Shown here: positions 48,418-56,749 of the stretch, piece after piece
Position numbering within the stretch: the stretch's first letter is position 1
How the letters are laid out: every line of letters starts with the position of its first letter
Source of the DNA: Chloroflexota bacterium
Lineage (GTDB): Bacteria; Chloroflexota; Dehalococcoidia; SM23-28-2; RBG-16-64-32
Length of the DNA: 64,000 nt
Direction: 5' to 3'
Assembly: GCA_029262695.1 (NCBI GenBank)
Contig: JAJCYV010000027.1
Location: 811-64,810, forward strand
The notes under the pieces: generated by a model
What the model saw: the letters and a program-made list of their open reading frames with translations, nothing else
The model's database searches: none
What the model was told of the DNA's origin: nothing
Made by a program: the position numbers and the translations under genes

Positions 48418-49722
48418 GAGTGGTGCCGGAGGGCAGAGTCGAACTGCCGACACCGCGGTTTTCAGCCGCGTGCAACAGGTAGAACTCGCGACGTAATCCG
48501 GCGTTTCGTATCTGTCGGCGTCCGCCCTCGTCCGCCGCCATCCGCTCCAACTGGCGTACGGTTGGCGTACAATCCCGGGCGTTCTCTGATAAGTGCCGCC
48601 GCGTCAGCGTCTTCGCTCCTCAGATTCGCGTGTCAGGCGGTGAGAGCGCTCCGCATTTTCGCGTCTCAGGGCGTGAACCCTCCTGCACTCCTCCGGGCGT
48701 ATTCCGTGCTCCAGCGCAACGCTGTCCGCCTTTTCGCGTACGGCGGACGCTAGATCTGGATTGCCCTCTGCGTCAAGAATGTCCGCGAAGATACGCCAAG
48801 AGGAAGAACAATCTGCCACCCAGATCGCCTTGATAGTGGCAGACTTCGCACCCCGGAGATCGCCTGCCTCTATTCGCGACAACGCGACCTCTTCCAATCC
48901 GCCTGCCGCTAAGACCCTCTCAATGGACACAGCCATGTTGTCTGTGTGGTACAGGTCATTCGCCATAAAGCCCAACTCAGCTTCGATCATCGCTGATTCT
49001 TCGGGATCAAAGAGGATGGGGGTGTACGGCTCTGGCAAGTCGTCGATGATCGTGGCCTCGGGGTCGTCCACAGTGGACGCCGCAACCCAATCGAGAGACA
49101 CCTGGCGGTAGCCTGGCGGGTCGGGTTCATTCCGGTCGCGGGCATCCGAGTGACGCTCGACAATCTCGTTGAGCGATTCCAGATTCTCTCTGGCCTTTTG
49201 ATAGGACGGCTTCAGTTGAAGTGACTCGGTAAACGCCTTCCGGGCGTCATCTACGCGGCCTGTCTTGGCTAGTGTGGCTCCATAGTTGTTCCATGCTTCT
49301 GCAAAGTAGCGACGTTGCCACAGCGCTGTCTCATAGGCCTCGAGCGCGTCGTCGAATCGACTTTGTGCGGCGAGTGCGATCCCCAGGTTGTGCCAAGCCT
49401 CCGGAAAGTCTTGCCATGCCTGAACAGCTTCCCGCAGGTGCGCCTCAGCGGAGATCCAGTCGCCGGAGTGACACGCCAATGTCCCGCGATTGTAGTGATT
49501 GGCGGCGCGGCGGCCGCTAGGAAAGAGCCAACGTCGGAAACTCACGACCCCACTCCTTTCATGCGCCTTTCAGGAACCATCCCCGCCGGGTTGCTACACC
49601 CGTTGCTACACTGGGCCCTCCGCGCCGTCAGACCGGCCCCGCCCTGGGGCCGGTCCCGTATCCAAAGAGTGGTGCCGGAGGGCAGAGTCGAACTGCCGAC
49701 ACCGCGGTTTTCAGCCGCGTGC
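48418..49722. mobile_element. Genomic islet integrated at tRNA-Phe; no integrase
   Basis: 56-bp perfect direct repeat (48418-48473 and 49667-49722) covering the tRNA 3' two-thirds; arm-like tandem repeats inside both ends; visibly more AT-rich cargo. Confidence 0.85.
48604..49545 (-). CDS. Tetratricopeptide repeat protein (islet cargo)
   Basis: Three TPRs (HYNRG, AWHNLG, AWNNYG) plus an unknown C-terminal region; RBS AAAGGAG before GTG. Confidence 0.8.
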   Translation of the reverse strand: MSFRRWLFPSGRRAANHYNRGTLACHSGDWISAEAHLREAVQAWQDFPEAWHNLGIALAAQSRFDDALEAYETALWQRRYFAEAWNNYGATLAKTGRVDDARKAFTESLQLKPSYQKARENLESLNEIVERHSDARDRNEPDPPGYRQVSLDWVAASTVDDPEATIIDDLPEPYTPILFDPEESAMIEAELGFMANDLYHTDNMAVSIERVLAAGGLEEVALSRIEAGDLRGAKSATIKAIWVADCSSSWRIFADILDAEGNPDLASAVREKADSVALEHGIRPEECRRVHALRRENAERSHRLTRESEERRR

Positions 49723-49744
49723 TCTACCACTGAGCTACCCCGGC
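49670..49744 (-). tRNA. tRNA-Phe (GAA)
   Basis: GCCGGGG acceptor, CTGAAAA loop, GTTCGACT and ACCA end. Confidence 0.95.
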
Positions 49745-49835
49745 ACGGACTCCCATTCTATTTGCTGCCTTCTGACGCGCGCAAGGAATAACAGACGGGG
49801 CCGGAGACGGATAGAATCAAGGGTGGAGGCAGACG

Positions 49836-50948
49836 ATGCGCATCGGAACGATCAAGGAAACCAAGGTTGAGGAGTACCGAGTGGGCCTCTCTGCGGCCGG
49901 AGTCCAGGCTCTGGTTGGGGCTGGGCACGAGGTGCTGGTGGAGCGCGGCGCAGGCGAAGGCTCCGGTTTCACGGACGCCGACTACGAAGCGGCGGGAGCG
50001 CAGGTCCGGGAAGGGCCTGCCGACGTTGCCGCCGGCGTCGACCTGTTGGTCAAGGTGAAGGAGGTCCTGCCGGCGGAGTTCTCGTTACTGCGCCCAGGCT
50101 TGCTCCTGTTCACGTACCTGCACCTGGCGCCTCTACCGGAGCTGACGCGCGAGTTGATGTCGTCTGGCACAAACTCGATCGCTTACGAGCTTGTGCGGCT
50201 GCCGGATAGACGGTTGCCGCTTCTGATCCCGATGAGCCAGGTGGCGGGGCGCATGGCCGGAGAGATCGCCGCGCAGCACCTGAAGAAGCCGGGCCCGGGG
50301 CGCGGGAAGCTCCTCGGCGGGATCCAGGGCACGACTCCAGCGCGGGCTCTGGTCGTTGGCAGCGGCAACGTCGGAGCGGCGGCCAGTGACGTCCTGACGG
50401 CGCTCGGCGCGACCGTGACGGTGACCTCGCGTGATGCGGCGAGGCTGGCGCGATTCGAGGAACGGCTCGAGGGAAGGGTCACCACGCGCGTTACGAGCCC
50501 GGATTCGATTCGAGAGGAGCTTGAGGGCGCCGATATCCTCATCGGCGCTGTGCTGGAGCCGGGCGGGCTCACCCCAGAGCTGATAAGCCGCGAGATGGTG
50601 CGGTCGATGGGCCCCGGCGCCGTGATCGTCGACGTCTGCATCGACCAGGGCGGCATCTGCGAGACGTCGCGGGCGACGACGCACACCGAGCCCGTGTACG
50701 TCGAGGAGGGCGTCGTCCACTACTGCGTACCGAACATGCCCGGCGCGGTGCCCCGGACATCGACGGAGGCGCTTACGGGCGCGACGCTGCCCTACGTGCT
50801 CAAGCTGGCGGAAGGCGGCCTCGAAGCGCTCAGGCGAGACGAGGCGCTCGCGGCGGGCGCGAGCACGATCGACGGCAAGCTCGTGTGTGAGGCCGTGGCG
50901 ATGGCGCAGGGGGTGGCATACACGCCGCTGGCCGAAGCGCTCCCGTAG
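49836..50948 (+). CDS. ald: Alanine dehydrogenase
   Basis: MRIGTIKE..EYRV, KVKE, FTYLHLA, DQGG and HYCVPNMPGAVP. Confidence 0.92.
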   Translation: MRIGTIKETKVEEYRVGLSAAGVQALVGAGHEVLVERGAGEGSGFTDADYEAAGAQVREGPADVAAGVDLLVKVKEVLPAEFSLLRPGLLLFTYLHLAPLPELTRELMSSGTNSIAYELVRLPDRRLPLLIPMSQVAGRMAGEIAAQHLKKPGPGRGKLLGGIQGTTPARALVVGSGNVGAAASDVLTALGATVTVTSRDAARLARFEERLEGRVTTRVTSPDSIREELEGADILIGAVLEPGGLTPELISREMVRSMGPGAVIVDVCIDQGGICETSRATTHTEPVYVEEGVVHYCVPNMPGAVPRTSTEALTGATLPYVLKLAEGGLEALRRDEALAAGASTIDGKLVCEAVAMAQGVAYTPLAEALP

Positions 50949-50986
50949 GGGGACCCGACGGCCGATCGTGCTACAATTCACGAACG

Positions 50987-51847
50987 ATGCCGGCCCTCCT
51001 GATTGCCGCTCCGACGCCCCTTTCCGGCAAGACCACCGTAGCCGTCGCCTGTGCCCGTGCGCTGGCGAAGAGCGGCACGAGCGTGTCCCTTGAGCGAGCC
51101 GGTGACGACGCTAACGCAGCCGCAGACCGTCGAGTGTTCGGTTCGATCGGATCGGGGTCTGGCGACGCGAGGATTATCGAAGTCCCGGCCGGCGACCCGT
51201 CGGCGGCGCTCAAGGAGCACGAAGGAGCGCGCGTCCTCATCGTGGCGACGCCGGAGACGGCGGCTGAGGCGACCGCAATCGCGAAGTCGGTGGGTGACGC
51301 GCTCGCCGGCGCTGTGCTCAACCGCGCACGCCCCTCCGACGGCGAGGGCGGTGCCGACTACGCGGGTATCGCGCCGCTGGCCGTGATCCTCGAGGACGAG
51401 CGGCTGGCAGCACCGGGCCTTGACGCGGTCGTGGAGGTCTTGAAGGCGGAGGCCGAGAACGTTGCCGAGAACGCACCTCACTCGCTGGGCCGGCTGGTCA
51501 TCGCCTCGATCGCTGCCGATCCCGGACAGACTTACTTCGACCGGACGCGGGCCGAGTCAGTGATCGTGCGCAGCGACAAGCCAGACCTTCAGCTGGCGGC
51601 TATCAACGCTGGTGCGCGATGCTTGATTGTGACGGGCGGTTTGCCCGTCCTCTCATACGTCCGAGACCGTGTGGCGGAGGACGAGACACCGTTTCTGAGC
51701 ACGGGGCTCGATACGAAGGGAGCTGTTGAGGCCGTCGAGGCGCTCTACGGCGCTACGGCCTTCACAGCCGATGCGGAGGGGCTCAGCCGTCTGGACGAGC
51801 TGTTCGCCGGCGCCGACGTGGGATCGCTCTTCGCGAGTGCGGCCTAG
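50987..51847 (+). CDS. DRTGG-domain (phosphotransacetylase N-terminal/BioD-like) protein
   Basis: N-terminal P-loop SGKTT; degenerate DRTGG (SDKPDLQLAA...LIVTGG). Confidence 0.7.
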   Translation: MPALLIAAPTPLSGKTTVAVACARALAKSGTSVSLERAGDDANAAADRRVFGSIGSGSGDARIIEVPAGDPSAALKEHEGARVLIVATPETAAEATAIAKSVGDALAGAVLNRARPSDGEGGADYAGIAPLAVILEDERLAAPGLDAVVEVLKAEAENVAENAPHSLGRLVIASIAADPGQTYFDRTRAESVIVRSDKPDLQLAAINAGARCLIVTGGLPVLSYVRDRVAEDETPFLSTGLDTKGAVEAVEALYGATAFTADAEGLSRLDELFAGADVGSLFASAA

Positions 51848-52416
51848 ACGCCTTCGCGGCCGCCGGCCTGATCGTACTCGTCGTCAGCGGTAGCGGCGTC
51901 TGAAACAGTTTCCCGCTCTTGCGTTAGCGTTGTCGTGGCCGGGGCAGCGGCCGGCACGGGCTGCGGGTCCGGCGCCGTTTCCTGAATGCCGCGGCGCTCG
52001 GTGGCGCAGTAAGGGCAGGCGATCCAGTTGAAGCTGAGGAGATGCTCGCACTTCACGCAGACGTCCTTGAGCTGCGTGGAGCAGTAGGGGCAGATGCGCC
52101 AGCCCTGCTCAACGAAGCGACGGCACGACGGGCACATTCCCTCGTCGCCGATCTCACGCAGGAGCGCTTCCTCTTCGAGAGACCGGGCGTAGGCCTCCTC
52201 CAGAGACTCGCGCGGACGGAGCATCAGGTAGAGCGCCAGGCCGGGGATGTTGAAGCCGGGGAAGAACATGATCCCGACGAAGATCGCCAGCACCTGGAGG
52301 CCGAGATCGCGCGTGCGTTCGCGGACGTCGCGGTAGACCCAGACGATGATGCTGAGCCAGAGCAAAAACGCCCAGACGCCGCCGATCAGACCTGCCAGAA
52401 TTCCGATATCTTCCAT
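51844..52416 (-). CDS. Membrane protein with double zinc ribbon
   Basis: Two TM helices (WVYRD, YLMLRPRE) then four CxxC motifs. Confidence 0.85.
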   Translation of the reverse strand: MEDIGILAGLIGGVWAFLLWLSIIVWVYRDVRERTRDLGLQVLAIFVGIMFFPGFNIPGLALYLMLRPRESLEEAYARSLEEEALLREIGDEGMCPSCRRFVEQGWRICPYCSTQLKDVCVKCEHLLSFNWIACPYCATERRGIQETAPDPQPVPAAAPATTTLTQERETVSDAATADDEYDQAGGREGV

Positions 52417-52532
52417 CAGTTCAGATTCTCTCCTGGTCCGCGCTTTCGGACATTGTAGCGTTAGCTTTGCCTCACTATAACGTTCCGGAGGCGTTCTGGC
52501 TGCGGGCTCTGCCTGCGGATAGACTGGCAGAT

Positions 52533-53750
52533 ATGGCGCGAAAACGACGTATCAAGCGACTTGAGCCGCCGATCCGTGCTGAGTTGACGCTTGGTGCGCT
52601 CACACTGGACGGCTCTGCCCGTGCCGAGTACGAAGGCCGCACTGTTTTTGTGGATTACGGCATGCCAGGAGAGCGCGTCGTGGCTGAGATCGACGTTGAG
52701 CGTCCGCATGCTCTGTTCGGGCGCGTCGTCGAAGTCCTCGAAGCGGCGCCGGGGCGTGTGGAGGCACCGTGCGAGTACTTTGGCGAATGCGGCGGCTGTC
52801 AGTGGCAGCACGTAGCGTACGAGAGGCAACTCGAGTTCAAGCGAGAGTTGGTGCTGGCGCAGTTGCAGCGAACCGGTGGGTTCGAGGAGCCGCCGGTCTC
52901 CGCGACGGTCGGGGCGGAGAATCCATGGGGCTACCGGAATCATGTGCGCTTCACGGCGAAGCCGCGGGGGGAGATCGGCTTTGTCCAGCGCGGGACTCAT
53001 CGCTTTCTGCGGGTAGACCGTTGCCTGATCGCCGACGGCTGGGTCAACGACGCGATCCCGCAGGTGCAGGGCAGGGCCGGCGGCCTGCACCAGGTTGCGA
53101 TCCGCCGCGGCGTGAAGACGGGCGAACTACTCGTGCACCCGAACCTTGACCACCTGGGGACGTCTATCCCGTCGGGCCAGAAGTACTACCACGAGGAGCT
53201 GCTGGGCCATCGCTTCCGCATCTCCGGGGCGTCGTTTTTCCAGACGAACACGCCGCAGGCGGAGCGGCTCATCTGCCTCGTGCGGGACAAGCTGCAACTG
53301 CGGCCGCGGGAGACGCTGGCCGACGCTTACGCCGGTGTGGGCACGTTTGCGGTCGTGCTGGCGGAGCAGGTCAAGCGCGTGATTGCGATTGAGGAGTCGT
53401 CCGCCGCCGTCGACGACGCGATGGTGAATGTCGAGGGCTCGCCGAACGTGCAGTACTACATGGGCAAGGTCGAGGACGTCCTCAGCGGCATTGATGAGGA
53501 GATGGACGCGCTGATTCTCGACCCACCGCGCGTCGGTGTCCACGAAGGAGCGATCGAGGCTGTGCTGCGCAGGGCGCCAGGCCGCATCGCGTACGTGTCG
53601 TGCGATCCGTCGACTCTGGCGCGAGACCTGCGGCTGCTGGTGGACGGCCTGGCGGACGGCGCGCGCTACGATCTCGTGGACGTGACTCCCGTCGATATGT
53701 TCCCGCAGACGCACCACATCGAGTGCGTCGCCAGTCTGCGGCGCGCCTGA
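52533..53750 (+). CDS. rlmD: 23S rRNA (uracil-5)-methyltransferase, RlmD/TrmA family
   Basis: TRAM domain, CxxxxxCGGC Fe-S motif, SFFQTN, LDPPR, YVSC and DMFPQTHHIEC. Confidence 0.9.
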   Translation: MARKRRIKRLEPPIRAELTLGALTLDGSARAEYEGRTVFVDYGMPGERVVAEIDVERPHALFGRVVEVLEAAPGRVEAPCEYFGECGGCQWQHVAYERQLEFKRELVLAQLQRTGGFEEPPVSATVGAENPWGYRNHVRFTAKPRGEIGFVQRGTHRFLRVDRCLIADGWVNDAIPQVQGRAGGLHQVAIRRGVKTGELLVHPNLDHLGTSIPSGQKYYHEELLGHRFRISGASFFQTNTPQAERLICLVRDKLQLRPRETLADAYAGVGTFAVVLAEQVKRVIAIEESSAAVDDAMVNVEGSPNVQYYMGKVEDVLSGIDEEMDALILDPPRVGVHEGAIEAVLRRAPGRIAYVSCDPSTLARDLRLLVDGLADGARYDLVDVTPVDMFPQTHHIECVASLRRA

Positions 53751-53751
53751 C

Positions 53752-54381
53752 GTGGCGCGGCTGGTCCTGGCGTCGGCCTCGCCCCGGCGAAAGGAGTTGC
53801 TGGCGCGGCTGGGCGTTCGCTTTGACGTGCGGCCGGTGGAGATCGCCGAAGACGCGGGGCCGTCGAAGGACCCGCAGATCGTCGCGCGGCGGCTGGCGTG
53901 CGCCAAGGCGGAGGCTGCGCGGCTGACGGACGAGCACGCGCCGATCCTGGCGGGCGACACGGTCGTCGCGCTTGGCGGGCGCATCTTTGGCAAGCCGGCG
54001 AATGGCGCCGAGGCGCGCGAGATGCTGCGGACGCTGCGTGGACGCACGCACGATGTGGTGACAGCGGTGGCGGTGGTGCCGCTGGGCCGGCGGTCGGTTA
54101 TCGTGCGGCATCCGCTGACGGCTGTGACGATGCGCGAGTACAGCGACGCCGAGATCGAAGCGTCGATTGCGCGGGGAGACCCTCTGGATAAGGCGGGGGC
54201 GTACGGCATCCAGGACGAGCTGCTGCACCCGGCCGAGCGCTATGAGGGTTGCTACTGCAGCGTGATCGGCCTCTCCCTCTGGGCGACGATTGAGGCGTTG
54301 CGCAAGGCTGGTGAGGAAGTCGACGTTGAGTCCGTCGACTTTCTTCCACAGTGTGCGGCCTGTCCGCTGGCGCGCCCCTGA
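53752..54381 (+). CDS. maf: Maf nucleotide pyrophosphatase
   Basis: LVLASASPRRKELL, DTVV...GKP and DKAGAYGIQ. Confidence 0.92.
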   Translation: MARLVLASASPRRKELLARLGVRFDVRPVEIAEDAGPSKDPQIVARRLACAKAEAARLTDEHAPILAGDTVVALGGRIFGKPANGAEAREMLRTLRGRTHDVVTAVAVVPLGRRSVIVRHPLTAVTMREYSDAEIEASIARGDPLDKAGAYGIQDELLHPAERYEGCYCSVIGLSLWATIEALRKAGEEVDVESVDFLPQCAACPLARP

Positions 54382-54536
54382 CGCGCGTGTTTACCGCTTC
54401 TTAACCATAGTTAACGTTCGGTCAACTGACCCTCCTGGCTGCTCTGCCTACGATTGATTCACACAAGAGGTCATGCGGCACTGCCGAAGCCGCGCCACAC
54501 GGCACGAATCGTGACGAACCCAGGGAGGGGAACGAA

Positions 54537-55742
54537 ATGGCGAAGAGCCAAAGGATTTCCGAAGACCACGAACGAGGACAGGCGATCGTTCTGTTCTCAC
54601 TGCTCATTGGGGTGATCGGCCTCTTCGTGATGTTGGTTGTCGATGTCGGCTTTCTTCTGGTTGAGAAGCGCGTTGTCCAGAACGCCGTTGACGCGGCGGC
54701 GCTTGCCGGAGCGCAGGAGCTTCCGGACGATGCTGGGCAGGCCGAGCTGGTCGCGCTCAACTACGCCGAGGCCAACGGACTTGACCCCGCTGACCTGACG
54801 GTTACCTTCGAGTGCACGAACGCGCTGCCGCAGGTCTGCAACACGGCAGCGGGAAAGTACGACACGATCACTATTGAAGGCTCGAGTAAGGCGCCTGCGT
54901 TCTTCGGTGGCCTCCTGAACCTCTTTGGGAATGCCGGCTGCTGGGCCGATGGTTGCGAGGTTAGCGCGCTGGCGGCTGCCTGCAGCGGCGCCTGTGGCGC
55001 TGCTGCCGGACAGATTGACGCCGTCGCCGTGATTGACCACACGGGCAGCATGTCGGTGAGCGACCTTCAGAACGCCAAGGACGGAGCGCTTCACCTGTAC
55101 GAGCTGTTCAGTAGTCAGGTCCACCAGGTCGGCCTGGCGGTTACGCCGCCCGTCCACCCGTCGGACTTCTGCGACACGATCGAGGACTGGAGCGATCCGC
55201 AGACGTGGCTCCCGGTTGGACTCTCTTCCGACTACCAGGGCACGCCGGGTGTGCTGAACCCGTTCTCAGCGCTCGTCTCGACGACGAGCTGCCTTGACCG
55301 TGCGTCTGGTAGCGGCGATGTCCGGGGCCCGCACACGGATTTGGGCGGGCCGATGAAGGCTGCGACGGACGAGTTGGTGAACAACGGCAGGGCCAGTGCG
55401 AAGAAGGGCATCGTCTTCCTTTCGGACGGCGCAGCGAACATTATCAATCCGGCGACGGCGGCCGCGGTGGGCGCGACGGGCCCCTGTGATTACGCGATGA
55501 AGATGGCGTCTGAGGCCAAGGCACAAGGTATTGAGATATACACGATCGCCTATGGAGCGGACGACACTTGCGACCGCGATACGCCCGGCACTACGTGGTA
55601 CGACAGGGATGCCGTCGATCTGCTGAGCGCGATGGCCACGGACGTCGACCACTATTACTACGAGCCGAGGTCGTCTGACCTCGATCCGGTCTTCGAGGCG
55701 ATCGGTCTCCAGCTCGGGGGCCAGCCGAAGCTGATCAAATAA
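54537..55742 (+). CDS. TadG-like pilus assembly protein with VWA domain
   Basis: ERGQAI pseudopilin start, QNAVDAAALAGA, MIDAS-like DHTGS and FLSDG. Confidence 0.85.
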   Translation: MAKSQRISEDHERGQAIVLFSLLIGVIGLFVMLVVDVGFLLVEKRVVQNAVDAAALAGAQELPDDAGQAELVALNYAEANGLDPADLTVTFECTNALPQVCNTAAGKYDTITIEGSSKAPAFFGGLLNLFGNAGCWADGCEVSALAAACSGACGAAAGQIDAVAVIDHTGSMSVSDLQNAKDGALHLYELFSSQVHQVGLAVTPPVHPSDFCDTIEDWSDPQTWLPVGLSSDYQGTPGVLNPFSALVSTTSCLDRASGSGDVRGPHTDLGGPMKAATDELVNNGRASAKKGIVFLSDGAANIINPATAAAVGATGPCDYAMKMASEAKAQGIEIYTIAYGADDTCDRDTPGTTWYDRDAVDLLSAMATDVDHYYYEPRSSDLDPVFEAIGLQLGGQPKLIK

Positions 55743-55771
55743 GCACAACAACGGGGTGCGCTGAGACCCGA

Positions 55772-55805
55772 CGCCCGCCTGCCATTCGCAGGCGGGCGCG
55801 CTTTT
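55772..55805 (+). terminator. Intrinsic terminator
   Basis: CGCCCGCCTGC-CATTC-GCAGGCGGGCG followed by CTTTT. Confidence 0.65.
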
Positions 55806-55824
55806 GTGGGTATAATTCCAAGCC

Positions 55825-56679
55825 ATGACGTTGGAGATTGTCCCGGCAACGCTGGCGGATGCGGAGAAGCTCGGCGACATCTGCTATCGCGCGTTCGACG
55901 ACGTCTCGCGCCGCCACGGCTTCGAGAGCGACTTCGAATCGCCGGCAATCGGGCTAATGGCGGTGGCGAGTTCCATTCGCAGCGAAGACAGTTACTCCGT
56001 CGCGGCGCTGGACGAAAGTGTCCTCGCCGGCTCGAACTTCATCAGGACGCCGGACGACGTAGGCGGGATCGGTCCGATCTCAATCGACCCGGACCGTCAG
56101 GGGCGTGGGATCGGCCGGGCGCTCATGGAAGACGTGCTTCGCCACGCGCGCGAGAACGGTATCGAGCGCGTCAGGCTGATGCAAGATGCGTTCAACATGG
56201 GGTCGTTGTCGCTGTACGCGTCGCTGGGCTTCGAGACGAGGGCGGCCGCAGCGCTGCTCGTGCCGCCGCCTGTAGACGTGCCCGAGGTGCGTCCGGCCAC
56301 GCCAGACGACATGGACGCTGTGGAACGCCTATCGACCGAGATCTACGGCGTGAACAGGCGGCGGGAGGTCGAAGAGCTGGCCGCCAGTCCGTTCCAGGCC
56401 TTCGTCTACGAGAAGGAGGGACGCGTGGCCGCATACTTCATCCCCGGTATACCGGGTCACGGTGTCGGTGAGACGGAAGAGGCGCTCGCCCTGGCGGTGC
56501 TGGGCGCGATGAAGCACGTCGCGCCGCCCTTCGCGCGGGCGTTTTGCCCGCTGGCGGAGGGCGACCTGCTCCGCCGCTTCCTGGAGGCCGGCTGCAAAGT
56601 GCGCAAAGTGATGAACCTGATGACGCTGGGGCACTACGAAGAGCCACAGGGCCCGTGGATGCCTTCGGTGGGCTTCTGA
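55825..56679 (+). CDS. GNAT family N-acetyltransferase
   Basis: IDPDRQGRGIGRALM and SLYASLGF. Confidence 0.85.
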   Translation: MTLEIVPATLADAEKLGDICYRAFDDVSRRHGFESDFESPAIGLMAVASSIRSEDSYSVAALDESVLAGSNFIRTPDDVGGIGPISIDPDRQGRGIGRALMEDVLRHARENGIERVRLMQDAFNMGSLSLYASLGFETRAAAALLVPPPVDVPEVRPATPDDMDAVERLSTEIYGVNRRREVEELAASPFQAFVYEKEGRVAAYFIPGIPGHGVGETEEALALAVLGAMKHVAPPFARAFCPLAEGDLLRRFLEAGCKVRKVMNLMTLGHYEEPQGPWMPSVGF

Positions 56680-56749
56680 AGGTAGTCTCCTGGCCGGGCC
56701 GTGACGGCGTATCGCGGGGCAGGCGGACGCTTGTATCATTCGTGATGGA

